This document shows positions 1-12,234 of a stretch of 64,000 nucleotides of DNA, piece by piece; the first letter of the stretch is position 1, and every line of letters starts with the position of its first letter. Below the pieces are notes generated by a model. It was not told the DNA's origin, searched no databases, and saw nothing but the letters and a program-made list of their open reading frames with translations. Source of the DNA: Mobula hypostoma. Lineage: Eukaryota. Location: NCBI RefSeq assembly GCF_963921235.1, contig NC_086097.1, positions 136,464,001 to 136,528,000 of the forward strand, in the 5' to 3' direction. Both the position numbers and the translations under genes were made by a program.

Positions 1-3000
1 CCCCTCACCTCTCCTCCCCTCCTCACTGTCCTCCACCTCTCCTCCCCTCCTCACTGTCCCTTCAACTCTCCTCCCCTCCTCATTGTCCTCCACATCTCCT
101 CCCCTCCTCGCTGGCCCCTCACCTCTCCTCCCTCCTCTCTGTCCCCTCACCTCTCCTCCCCTCACTGTACCCTCACCTCTCCTCCCCTCCTCCCTGTCCT
201 CCACCTCTCCTCCCCTCCTCACTGTACCCCCACCTCTCCTCCCCTCCTCACTGTCCTCCACCTCTCCTCCCCTCCTCACTGTCCCCCACCTCTCCTCCCC
301 TCCTCACTGTCCCCTCACCTCTCCTCCCCTCCTCGCTGTCCCCTCACCTCTCCTCCCCTCGTCACTGTCCCCCACTTCTCCTCACTGTCCCTCCACCTCT
401 CCTCCTCACTGTCCCTCCACCTCTCCTCCCCTCCTCACTGTCCCCCACCTCTCCTCCCCTCCTCACTTTCCCCTCACCTCTCCTCCCCTCCTCGCTGTCC
501 CCTCACCTCTCCTCCCCTCCTCACTGTCCTCCACCTCTCCTCCCCTCCTCACTGTCCCTTCAACTCTCCTCCCCTCCTCATTGTCCTCCACATCTCCTCC
601 CCTCCTCGCTGTCCCCTCACCTCTCCTCCCTCCTCTCTATCCCCTCACCTCTCCTCCCCTCACTGTACCCTCACCTCTCCTCCCCTCCTCACTGTCCTCC
701 ACCTCTCCTCCCCTCCTCCACTGTACCCCCACCTCTCCTCCCCTCCTCACTGTCCTCCACCTCTCCTCCCCTCCTCACTGTCCCTCCACCTCACCTCTCC
801 TCCCCTCACTGTACCCTCACCTCTCCTCCCCTCCTCACTGTCCCTCACCTCTCCTCCCCTCCTCACTGTCCCTCCACCTCTCCTCCCCTCCTCACTGTCC
901 CTCACTTCTCCTCCCCTCCTCACTGTCCCTCCACCTCTCCTCCCCTCCTCACTGTCCCCTCACCTCTCCTCCCGTCCTCACTGTCCCCTCACCTCTCCTC
1001 CCCTCACTGTACCCTCACCTCTCCTCCCCTCCTCACTGTCCTCCACCTCTCCTCCCCTCCTCACTGTACCCCCACCTCTCCTCCCCTCCTCACTGTCCTC
1101 CACCTCTCCTCCCCTCCTCACTGTCCCTCCACCTCACCTCTCCTCCCCTCACTGTACCCTCACCTCTCCTTCCCTCTTCACTGTCCCCTCACCTCTCCTC
1201 CCCTCCTCACTGTCCCTCCACCTCTCCTCCCCTCCTCACTGTCCCTCACCTCTCCTCACCTCCTCACTGTCCTCCACCTCTCCTCCCCTCCTCACTGTCC
1301 CTTCACCTCTCCTCCCCTCCTCACCTCTCCTCCCCTCCTCACTGTCCCTCACTCCTCCCCTCCTCACTGTCCCTCCACCTCTCCTCCCCTCCTCACTGTC
1401 CCTCACCTCTCCTCCCCTCCTCACTGTCCCTCCACCTCTCCTCTCCTCCTCACTGTCCCCCACCTCTCCTCCCCTCCTCTGTCCCCTCAACTCTCCTCCC
1501 CTCCTCACTGTCCCTCCACCTCTCCTCCCCTCCTCACTGTCCCCTCACCTCTCCTCCTGACTGTACCCTCACCTCTCCACCCCTCCTCACTGTCCCCTCA
1601 CCTCTCCTCCCCGTCCCCCACCTCTCCACCCTCCTCACTGTCCCCTCACCTCTCCTCCCCTCCTCACTGTCCCCTCACTTCTCCTCCCTCCTCACTGTCC
1701 CCTCACCTCTCCTCCCCTCCTCACTGTCCCCCACCTCTCCTCCCCTCCTCACTGTCCCCTCACTTCTCCTCCCCTCCTCACTGTCCCTCCACCTCTCCTC
1801 CCCTCCTCACTGTCCCCACCTCTCCTCCCCTCCTCACTGTCCTCCACCTCTCCTCCTCACTGTCCCTCACCTCTCCTCTCCTCCTCACTATACCCTCACT
1901 TCTCCTCCCCTCCTCACTGTCCCCCACCTCTCCTCCCCTCCTCACTGTCCCCTAACCTCTCCTCCCCTCCTCACTGTCCCCTCACCTCTCCTCCCCTCCT
2001 CACTGTCCCCCACCTCTCCTCTCCTCCTCACTTCTCCGCCCCTCTCCTCTCCTCCTCACTGTCCCTCCACCTCTCCTCCCCTCCTCACTGTCCCTCCCCT
2101 CTCCTCCTCTCCTCACTGTCCCCTCACCTCTCCTCGTGACTGTACCCTCACCTCTCCACCCCTCCTCACTATACCCTCACTTCTCCTCCCCTCCTCACTG
2201 TCCCCTCACCTCTCCTCTCCTCCTCACTATACCCTCACTTCTCCTCCCCTCCTCACTGTCCCCCACCTCTCCTCCCCTCCTCACTGTCCCCTCACCTCTC
2301 CTCCCCTCCTCACTGTCCCTCCACCTCTCCTCCCCTCCTCACTGTCCCCCACCTCTCCTCCCCTCCTCACTGTCCTCCACCTCTCCTCCCCTCCTCACTG
2401 TCCCTTCACCTCTCCTCCCCTCCTCACCTCTCCTCCCCTCCTCACTGTCCCTCACTCCTCCCCTCCTCACTGTCCCTCCACCTCTCCTCCCCTCCTCACT
2501 GTCCCTCACCTCTCCTCCCCTCCTCACTGTCCCTCCACCTCTCCTCCCCTCCTCACTGTCCCCTCACTTCTCCTCCCCTCCTCACTGTCCCTCCACCTCT
2601 CCTCCCCTCCTCACTGTCCCCACCTCTCCTCCCCTCCTCCCTGTCCTCCACCTCTCCTCCTCACTGTCCCTCACCTCTCCTCTCCTCCTCACTATACCCT
2701 CACTTCTCCTCCCCTCCTCACTGTCCCCACCTCTCCTCCCCTCCTCACTGTCCCCTCACCTCTCCTCCCCTCCTCACTGTCCCCTCACCTCTCCTCCCCT
2801 CCTCACTGTCCCTCCCCTCTCCTCCCCTCCTCACTGTCCCCTCACCTCTCCTCGTGACTGTACCCTCACCTCTCCACCCCTCCTCACTATACCCTCACTT
2901 CTCCTCCCCTCCTCATTGTCCCCTCACCTCTCCTCTCCTCCTCACTATACCCTCACTTCTCCTCCCCTCCTCACTGTCCCCCACCTCTCCTCCCCTCCTC

Positions 3001-3320
3001 ACTGTCCCCTCACCTCTCCTCCCCTCCTCACTGTCCCTCCACCTCTCCTCCCCTCCTCACTGTCCCCACCTCTCCTCCCCTCCTCACTGTGCCCCCACCT
3101 CTCCTCCCCTCCTCACTGTCCCCCAACCTCTCCTTCCCTCTTCACTGTCCCCTCACCTCTCCTCCCCTCCTCACTGTCCCTCCACCTCTCCTCCCCTCCT
3201 CACTGTCCCCCACCTCTCCTCCCCTCCTCACTGTCCCCACCTGTCCTCCCCTGCACACTGTCCCCTCACCTCCCTTCCTCACTGTCCCCTCACCTCTCCT
3301 CCCCTCCTCACTGTCCCCCC
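1..3320. repeat. Pyrimidine-rich minisatellite, ~27-31 nt unit CACCTCTCCTCCCCTCCTCACTGTCCCCT, running off the window start
   Basis: Tandem variants of the unit are directly visible throughout. The long Pro/Ser/Leu ORFs are by-products of the repeat. Confidence 0.97.
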
Positions 3321-4278
3321 TTCCTTCCTTTATTTCTCTTCATAGCCATTCAACACATCTCCTTCCCTTACCTTCCTTCCTCTACCCACCTCCCTCCACA
3401 CTAGCTCCTCACTCACCGCCTTCCCTCCCTTACATACCCCTCCCAACTCCCTACCATGGGACATTATTTTGTTCTGCAGTAAAGTCTCAAGGTGTGGTAT
3501 AACGTTATGGAGAATGAATGCATCACTTACATTCTGTCTGTTGGCTAAACCTCTGTGCGACTGACGCCACAACAAGCAAGTTTTTCATTGTAATGGTCCC
3601 TCAGTGTGCTTGTGCACCTGACAGTAAATTTAACTGGATTGACCTTTCATATATATCCTCCCCTCCTGTCTACTATCCCCTCCTTTTGTCTCTTACTTCT
3701 GTTCACCTGCACTCCCACCTCCCCTTCCACCTATTCTCCATCCTGATCCCTTTCCAGCTTCCCTCTCCAGTCACTCAGTCCGCCCTCCTCCCCTCCCTGC
3801 ACCCTTCCCCCCCTCCCCCATCTGCAAGACCATTAGCAGCCGTTATCCGCGGGCAGTACCGGGCAAATTGCGCTGGTGGTGTTTTGAGTGGTTAGCCCCT
3901 TTAAGGACTGGATCCAGAGGTCACAGCTGCATGGACGAATGCCAGCTGTGCAGCGCAGCTATAGAATAATTTGTGTCAGATGTGCAGAGACAGAGAACAA
4001 TGCCATTTCATAACCCAGTGTTTCTTAATAGGAGCTATATTCAAACAGCATAACCTTAATGGCACTTTGCAATTCAACAGCCTTTGCACTTTAGACACGA
4101 GCAAGGTGAATTATAGACGGACAGTTGTCACAACACAACGTAGCTTAAGCAAGCTGACATAATGTGGCTGGAGGCCTGAGCCTGAGCCAGTGCATTATTA
4201 CAGTCAACTGCACAAATAGGTTATGTAGCTCTTTGATAATCCTGATTCCAGCCTGTCTGTTAAAGCATATTCAGGGTC

Positions 4279-4875
4279 CAAAGTTCAAAGTAATCTTATT
4301 TTCCAAGCACAAATATGCCACCGTATATGCAGTCCTGGGATTCATTTTCTTGCGGGCATTGACAGTGAATACAAGAAGCACAATCGACGCAGTGGGAGAT
4401 CGTACCCGACAGGGTGGACAAACAACCAGCGTGCAAACGGTAGTAAACTGTGCAAATACAAAGGGATAATAATAAATAAATAAACAAATCAATCGATCAG
4501 TAAGTAATAAATATCGAGAACATGAGATGAAGCGTTCCTGAGGTAAGTCCATAGGTTGTGAGAACAGATCAGTGATGCGGGGAGTGTAGTTGAGAGATGT
4601 TGTCCCCTCTGGTTCAATAGCCTGATGGTTGAGGGGTAATAACTGTTCCTGAACATGGTGGTGTGTGTCCTGAGGCTCCTGCGCCTGCTTCCCGATGGCA
4701 GCAGTGAGAAGAGAGCGTGGCCTGGACGGTGGGGGTTCCTGATGGTGGATGTTGCTTTCCTGTGACAGCGCTCCGTGTAGATGTGCTCAATGATAGGGAA
4801 GGCTTTACCTGTTGGACTGAGCTGTACCCAGTACTTTTTGTTGGCTCTTCTTTTCAAGACATTGGCGTTTCCCAT
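4279..4875 (-). mobile_element. Rex1/Babar-type LINE 3' fragment
   Basis: Minus-strand translation HRPGHALFSLLPSGSRRRSLRTHTTMFRNSYYPSTIRLLN followed by the family 3' tail (...ACTTTGAACTTTG). The same tail recurs elsewhere in the window. Confidence 0.85.
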
Positions 4876-5129
4876 GTGATGGCCTCCTATACGCGCCTCT
4901 CTCCTCCCTGTGTTTCCTGGGAGTGGGATGATCGAGGGAGAGTGTGCATGAGGCAGGGTAACCAGAGGAGATAAACAATACCTCCGCTCGACCAGGCTTC
5001 GGCCACTGGCATTTGCCTTCACTGCAGGTAGAGCTGCTCCCTGCCAGTTCCGGCCACACCAGTTCAACCCCGACCCCTGTGCTGCTTGTGTGGAGTTTGC
5101 ATGGCGCAGGGAGACGGTCTCGGATAAGA

Positions 5130-5355
5130 TTAGGGTGGCATGATAGAGTAGCAGTTGGCATAACTTTATTACGGCGCCAGCAACCCAGGTTTGGTCCCGC
5201 CACTGTCTGCAAGGTATTTGTACAATCTCCCTGTGACCTCGTGCATTTTGTATGGCTGTTCCGGTTTCCTCCCACATTCCGGAGACATACGGGTTAGAGG
5301 TTAATTGGTCACATGGGTGTAATTGTCTGGAGGGGCCTGTTACTGTGCTGCATCT
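5130..5355 (+). mobile_element. V-SINE (HE1-like) copy
   Basis: tRNA-like head plus V-domain-like TCCGGTTTCCTCCCACATTCC...GTTAATTGGTCACATGGGTGTAATTG. Confidence 0.7.
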
Positions 5356-5977
5356 CAAAACAAGTAAAATCAGTTAACAAAATTAGCAACATCAGACAGA
5401 AGCGAAGAGCGTGACAGAGGGCAGATTGTAGCGGTTGTTGTCCTGTGCAGCAATTTGGTCAATATCTTGGTAATAAAAGCAAATTCAGCAAACATATTGT
5501 GGAACGTTGTCCTGTGCAAAGATTACCAGATCACCAAGCCCCTGTCCAGCTCCAGTTGCCAAGATGTTAAGCTGTAGCCCTACAGCTGTTGGCTGACTGC
5601 GAGCAATATCTGCCTCCCATGACTCATGTTTTGCCACTCTTCTGTGATCCAATAGACTTAGACTGCCAAACTTGCTCCAGCTGTGAACATCAAGCCACAT
5701 GTGTTCATGTGATGGATTTAACTTAACTCCCTCAGCACTGCGGTAAAACATTCATAATCCTTGCTGGACTGTGTCCATTAACCAGGCAGTAAAACGTGCT
5801 CTGATGGCAGCACAGTTTTCACACTCTCTGGACAGACAGATACGGGACTTGGGTAAGTGTAGGCCATCCCCACCCATCGGGGAACAGGTCAGAACGGGGC
5901 AGCTCTGTGGCACAGCTGGTAGAGCTGCAGCCACCCCACCCCGTGCCAGAGACCTGGTGTCAGTCTTGACCTTGGAT

Positions 5978-6162
<185 letters not shown>

Positions 6163-6665
6163 AGCTCTCTGGCCACTTGGGTTTTCTCCAAGCGATATTC
6201 ATAGAACTACACAGCACCGTCACAGCTCCACAACCCGAATTGCCCACACTGACCATGATGACTATCTACACTAATCTCATTAGCCTGCGCTTGGCCCATA
6301 TCCCTTCCTACCATGTACTTGTCCGAATTTCTTTTAAAAGTAATAATTACAGACATCTTCCCCACTTCCCCCGACATCTGTGTAAAAAATTCAGCTTCCC
6401 TTTATAGATTTCACCTTAAGTGCAACTCACTAGTCTTACACTTCCTTACCCTGGAGAAAAAAAATATACTGTGACTATCTAACCCCTCTCTGCCCCTTAT
6501 AATTTGGTAAATCTCTATAAGGGCACCCTTTAGCCCCCTTTGCTCTAGTTTCTTCTCTTATCCTAAAGATGCATGAATTGATTGGTGATTTGGCCACTGT
6601 AAATTGCCCCCTGTATGTAGGTGAGAGGTGGAATCTGGGCGAGTTGGTGGGAACATGGGAAGAAT

Positions 6666-7105
6666 TGTCATGAGTCCTGCAAGTCTCTGCGGCTTGCTGG
6701 AGAACGTTGATCTTCTCAGGTTCTCGAGCACCTGTATTTACTAACTGTTATCTTAACTAGAGCCGTTAAGCCCTCATGCTTTCGGTTTAATCTGGTCAAG
6801 TTAATTGTAACTGGCATGTGTTTCCTACATTCTATGAATATTTAAAGAGTCTCCAGCTAGCTCTTTAGTGGAGCCCTATCGTGTTATGTGGACCAGCTGG
6901 TGGTGTAGCGGCATCAGCACCGGACTTCAAGGCAGATGGTCCTGAGTTCAAACCCAGCCGGGTCTCAACCTGGGCAGCAGCAGAGTCTGCACTGAAGAAA
7001 GGCCTGGCAATCTACTTCCATGAAAACCCTGTGTTCAACATCGCGTTACATAGTCACGGTAATCGCTGTCCCTCTGCACATAGGTCCAGTCCTGCCACCA
7101 TGACA
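6666..7105. mobile_element. Probable solo LTR containing a tRNA-derived SINE
   Basis: Termini TGTCATG...CATGACA form a 7-bp inverted repeat with TG..CA ends, flanked by a 5-bp TSD AGAAT/GGAAT. The host SINE resumes on the far side. Confidence 0.65.
6889..7050 (+). mobile_element. tRNA-derived SINE with an RTE-partner-like body
   Basis: A-box TGGTGTAGCGG, B-box GAGTTCAAACC, then GAAGAAAGGCCTGGCAATCTACTTCC...GAAAACCCT. Confidence 0.6.
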
Positions 7106-7239
7106 GGAATAAACAATGGGATCAGTACAAACAGGTGGCTGATGACCGGCACGGAGTCAGTGGTCTGAAGGACCTGCTTCCAGGTGACCCTAGATTCCAT
7201 GTAGTCCCACTCCAGAGGTTCGGACATGTAGAAAATAGA

Positions 7240-7660
7240 GGACGTAGCACAGAACAGCACAACACAGGAACACATCCTTCGGCCCACACGTCTGTGCCAA
7301 ACACAATGCCAAGCTAAACGAAATATCGTCTGCCTACATGTGACACACATCCCTCCATTCCCTGCCTGTTCTAACTAAAAGCATCTTAAATGCCACTATC
7401 ATACCAGCTCCCAGCACCATCCAGCAGCCTGTTCCAGGCACCTATTACTCTGTGTGTGGGGGGAAGAAAAAACTTGCCCCATGCATCCCCATTAAAATTC
7501 CCACTCTCACCTTAAATAGATATCCTCGGGTATTTGACCTTTCTACCCTTGAGAAAAGACTAATCTGCTCTATCTATGCTCCTCAATACTATAAACCTGT
7601 ATCAGGTCATCCGTCAGATTTGGATGCTCCAGACAATCTAGTCAAATTTATCCAACCTCT
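7240..7660 (-). mobile_element. Degenerate CR1 LINE 3' fragment
   Basis: Similar to the reverse complement of the CR1 3' ends elsewhere in the window. Confidence 0.6.
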
Positions 7661-8450
7661 CATTATGGGGGCCTGTGACTAGTGGAGTGCTGCAGGGATC
7701 GGTGCCGGGTCTGTGTTGTTTGTCATCTACATTAACAATCTGGATGGCGATGTGATAAACTGGATCAGGAAATGAGCAGATGACACCAAGAATGAGGGTG
7801 CAGTGAACAGCAAGGAAGACTATCAAAGCCCGTAACAGGATCTGGAGCAGCTGAAAAATGGAAGGTGGAATTTAATGCAGCAAGCAGGAGGTGTTGTACT
7901 TCGGAAGAACAAACCAGGGTAGGACTTACACAGAGATCAGTAGGGCACAGGTAGAACAGAGGGATCTGGGAATACAGGTCCATAATTCCTCGGAAGTGGC
8001 ATCACAGATAGACAGGATTGGAAAGAGAGCTTTTGGCACATTAGCCTTCATAAATCAAAGTATTGAGTACAGGCATTGGGATGTTAGGTTGAAGTTGTAT
8101 GAAACATTGGTGAGGCCTAAATTGGAGTATTGTGTGCAGTTTTGGTCACCTACTGGAAAAATATTTAATGAGTAGAGAGAAAATTTACAAGGATGTTGCT
8201 GGGTCTTGAGGACCTGAGTTATAGGAAAAGATTGGATGGGGTTAGGACTTCATTCTCTACAGCACAGGAGAATGAGGGGAGATTTGATAGAGGTATACAA
8301 AATTATGAGGGGTTTAGACAGGGTAAATGCAAGCAGGCATTTATCATTGAGGTTGGGTGAGACTAGAATTAGAGGTTATGGGTTGAGTGTGAAAGGTGAA
8401 ATGTTTACGGGGAACATGAGGGGGGTGAGAGTGTGGAAAATGCTAGCAGA
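7660..8450 (+). mobile_element. CR1 LINE ORF2 (reverse transcriptase C-terminal part), degenerate
   Basis: LYETLVRPKLEYCVQFWSP and RRMRGDLIEVYKIMRGLDRV motifs. Confidence 0.9.
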
Positions 8451-8451
8451 A

Positions 8452-8746
8452 GTTTATTTATTTACTTAGTGATACAATGCAGAGTAGGTCCTCCCAGCCC
8501 TTCAAGCCATGCCTCCCCAGTAATCCCAAATAAGCCAATTAACCCTAATCACAGGACAACTTACAATGATCAATTAACCTACCCCGTATGATATTTGGAG
8601 TGTGGAAGGAAACCGGAGGACCAGAGAAAACCGATGCATTCCACGGGGCAGACTCGTTATGGAACAGCACCGGGATTGAACTCTGATTCCAGAATACCCC
8701 GAGCTGTAACAGCATCGTGCTAAACACTACACTACCATGACATCCC
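8452..8746 (-). mobile_element. V-SINE copy
   Basis: The reverse complement gives a tRNA-like head, TCCTCCGGTTTCCTTCCACACTCCAAA and a TAAA tail. Confidence 0.7.
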
Positions 8747-8799
8747 ATACCTTCATTATTACTGAGTGCACCAAGTGTAGCAGATCTAAATATGGTGAA

Positions 8800-10420
8800 A
8801 TTGGTTTATCGTTGTCACATGTACTGAGGCACAGTGAAAACCTTGTCTTGCATGTGCCATCATCTATACAGATCATTTCATTACAACAGCACTTTGAGGT
8901 GGGACAAGGGAAAACAGTAGCAGGCGTAGAATATAACGTTTATAGTTACTGAGAAAGTGCAGGGCAAGCAGACAAAAAAGTGCAAAGTCATGACAAGGTA
9001 GATTGTGAGGCCAAATATTCATCTTTATCGTACAAGGTGCTTATAACAGTGGGGTGGGAGCTGTCCTTGAGTGTACTTTCAAGCTCTAGGATCTTCTGCC
9101 TGATGGGAGGAGGAAAGAGAGAGAATGGCCAGAGCCAGAGTGGTCCCTGACATACCAGCAGCGAGAGGTCTGTCAGAATCAGAACAAAGTTTTTTATCAC
9201 CGGCACGTCATGAAATTTATTGTTTTGTGGCGACAGTGCAGTGCAAATCATAAAAATTGCCATATGTTACAAAAAATGCAAAAGAGGCATAATGAGGTAG
9301 TGTCCATGGGTTAGCTGACTGTTCAGAAATCTGATAAAGGACAGGAAGAATCTGTTCCTAAGATATTATGAGTCCTGTTCCTCCTCCTTGATGGTAGGAA
9401 GAAGAAACCATCCATGCCTTGGATGGTTTAAGATGGCGATGGTGAAGCCCGGGAACTACTCAGCAGCAAACAAAACAAAGAGTACAACTTTATTACTAAT
9501 ACTTTTTCTGGTAAAGTTTATGGTAAACAATCACCACAAACAATGGGGAGGCGAGCAAAGGCGAGTTATATTTGAGGGTCAAAGCAAGTACAGGCGAGAC
9601 AAAGTCAAGGCGAGGTTGAAGCAGATTCAGGGCAAATTCGGGGCAAATGGAGGCAAGGAAGAGTCGAGACCCATCAAGAGCAAGGAGACACCCGAGGTTT
9701 GATTGATCTAAGTGCCAGGCCATTTTGGAAAGGTCGGGTACGGGCTGAAACATGGTGGCAGGGTCCAGACCCAGAGTGTATCGAAGTGTCAGCGCCCGGG
9801 CTCTAGAGCAAGGAACAACGTGCTGTTTGGACCATTTAAATGCCAGTCCAGATTGAAAAGGCAGGGCGTTGGGACCAGAGGCAAGAGCTGGGCTGGTTCT
9901 GCTCACTGCTCTGCAATATTTACTCAGCTCTGTGCTGAACTGAGGTTGAACCTGCGGCCTGCTCCAGCTGCTCCAGGCTTCAGGTCTGAGGACTCACTTT
10001 TGTTCTGAATGCCATTTGCTTACTTTTATTGTTTGCACGACTTGTCTTTCTTTCCTCTGCCCATTGGGTGCTTGACAGTCTTCTTTTAAAATTGGTTCTT
10101 TTAGGTATCTTTGTTTTGTGGCTGCCTGTAAGGAGATGATTCTCAAGGTTGTATAGTGTACGCATGTTTTGATAATAAATGTACTTTGAACTATGAACGT
10201 CCTTAATGATGGATACAGACTTCATGAGGTGCCACCTCTTGAAGATATCCTCTTCAATGGGGAACGTTGTGCTGTGATGGAGCTGGTTGAATCTACAATC
10301 CTCTGTAGCCACCTTTGATCCTGCACATTGGAACCTACATGCTAGGCAGTGATGCAACCAGTCAGAATGGCCCCCCATGGTACGTCTGCAGAGACTTGGT
10401 GACATACCAAATCTCCTGTT
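8800..10420 (-). mobile_element. Rex1/Babar 3' fragments (8800-9425 and 10199-10420) split by a plus-strand insertion
   Basis: The host CTTGGATGG...GTCCTTAATGATGGAT reading is continuous across the insertion. Confidence 0.6.
9427..10198 (+). mobile_element. Non-autonomous LINE-derived element with a Rex1/Babar-type 3' tail
   Basis: Starts AAGATGGCG and ends GATTCTCAAGGTTGTATA...AATAAATGTACTTTGAACTATGAAC. No reverse-transcriptase coding sequence recognised. Confidence 0.55.
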
Positions 10421-10543
10421 CTAGATAAGAGTCCAAAGGAGGGAAGGCTGGTTTCAATAACAGTCTGGGCAGAGCCTATAACTTGCTGCAATTTCTTTCA
10501 GTCTTAGGCACATTTGCCATACTAAGCTATGATGCATCCACCA

Positions 10544-10849
10544 AGACACAAGGAAGTCTGCAGATGTTGGAAATTCAAGCAACACACACAAAAAATGCTG
10601 GTGAATGCAGGAAGCCAGCTCTTAGCTCCATCCCTCCCCTCCTGTTTTCTCCTATCATTTCCAATCTCCCCCTCCCCCTCCCACTTTCAAATCTCTTACT
10701 ATCTCTTCTTTCAGTTAGTCCTGACGAAGGGTCCCGGCCCGAAACGTCGACTGTACCTCTTCCTAGAGATGCTGTCTGGCCTGCTGTGTTCACCAGCATT
10801 TCTTGTGTGTGTTGCTTGAATTTCCAGCATCTGCAGATTTCCTCGTGTC
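10544..10849. mobile_element. Penelope-derived foldback element
   Basis: 10544-10609 is an inverted copy of 10781-10849. The sequence matches the termini of the GIY-YIG-coding Penelope copy at 55566-56271. Confidence 0.85.
10717..10752 (+). ncRNA. Minimal type I hammerhead ribozyme motif (Penelope-associated), intact core
   Basis: AGTC-CTGACGA-A-GGGT(CCCG)GCCC-GAAA-CG-TC-GACT: stem I AGTC/GACT, CUGANGA, stem II, GAAA, palindromic ACGU stem III, GUC cleavage triplet. Confidence 0.75.
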
Positions 10850-10869
10850 ATAGCGTTACTAAACTTTAG

Positions 10870-11150
10870 AGATAAGGGTTGTGCTTGTTGGTTCATGAAC
10901 TGACAGTTGAAAGGAAGTGGCTGTTCTTGAATCTGGTGACGTGGAACCTGAGGCTTCTGTACCCGACGTTGGCATGGCTCAGACTGTGGGGATCTTCGAA
11001 GATGGATGTTGCCTCCTGTGGATACTGTCACTGACCGTGAGGCATTGCACTGTGTCCGTTACTTTCTGCAGCTTCTTGCATTCCTGAGCATTCAGATTGC
11101 TGTACCAGACCATGATGTAACCGGCCAAAATACTTTCAATAGTACATCCA
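10870..11150 (-). mobile_element. Rex1/Babar 3' fragment, degenerate
   Basis: Similar to the other Rex copies (CTGTTCTTGAATCTGGTG...AGGCTTCTGTACC). Confidence 0.6.
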
Positions 11151-12234
11151 CCAGATCAAGTTCCTCTGAATTTCAGTATTTCCTTTAGTTTTGTTTCCTG
11201 TCCCCAGGTGCTCTGCTTGGGGTTACCACAGTACAACCCATAACTGGAGCCCCTGGTGACGTTACATTGCCTGTTGCCTCTCTGCTTTATATTTCAATCA
11301 ACTTTCAAACTTGGGGTTACCTTTAGAAGTTAATTTATCCCACTTTTGACTCTAGCATCTTAACATCTGCAAACAAAGTCGTCTTGTCTTTGGTCAATAC
11401 TTTCATCACAGGATTAGCTGTCTCATGTTTGTGGGATTTCCTCCTTTAGGTCTGCCTTTGTGACTCTGGGACCTTTCATCTCTGTGGAGTGCCGGCCTGA
11501 GAGGAGCCTTCTCACACAGCCGTTCTTTGTTCTGCCTCCACCTTACCCTCGCTCTTTTCCGCGTTACCTCCGCCTGACGCATTCCCTGATTCACTCACGG
11601 CTTTCTGGAGCCCAGGCTTTTCCTTCCCCATTCCCTGTGAGGAAGTCAGCAGCATCAGGTTCCTGGGCGTTAAAATCTCCGATGAGCTGTCCTGGGGCCA
11701 GCACATCAATGGCGATAGGTACAGACATGAGATTCTGTGGCTACAGAAGAAACGTCAGGATGACGAGTTGCCTCCTGCATGCTAGGGTCAAGGATGACTA
11801 TGAGCGGCCGCAGAATATTCTCATGTGGGAGGGTGAACTGCCAGAGGTCGTTGTTGATGTAACATTCCTCACACAATATGGTAAAGGTTTTACTCTGCAA
11901 GGAGCAATTTTGGATTTCTTAGGGAATGAGGTGGGCCAAGTAATTGAAGAAGCAGTTGGGGAGCACTCCAGGGTCAGCAACCACAACATGTGAGCTTTAA
12001 AATAGCTGTTCATAAAGGCAGGGTGGGTTCACAGGATGAAGTCCTGTACTGGAGCACGGCCAACTTTCAGGGCATTAGGCAGAATCCAGCTGGGGTGCTC
12101 TTCAGGAACAGTTGCTAAATGGGAGGCTTTTAAAAGGGGCAGCATGCTCCTGTTAGGGTGCAACAAAAGTCTAGAAATGGAAGTGAGGGTCCTTGTCTCA
12201 GTTCATCCTGAGCATGTGCACAGCAGAGAGCTCT

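Noticed and set aside
83..3502. Long Pro/Ser/Leu-rich ORFs (up to 924 aa) resembling extensin or mucin
   Set aside because: They are translations of a stop-poor pyrimidine minisatellite that is open in several frames.
6889..6963. tRNA-like sequence with A and B boxes
   Set aside because: No clean cloverleaf and it is followed by a SINE body, so it is treated as a SINE head rather than a tRNA gene.
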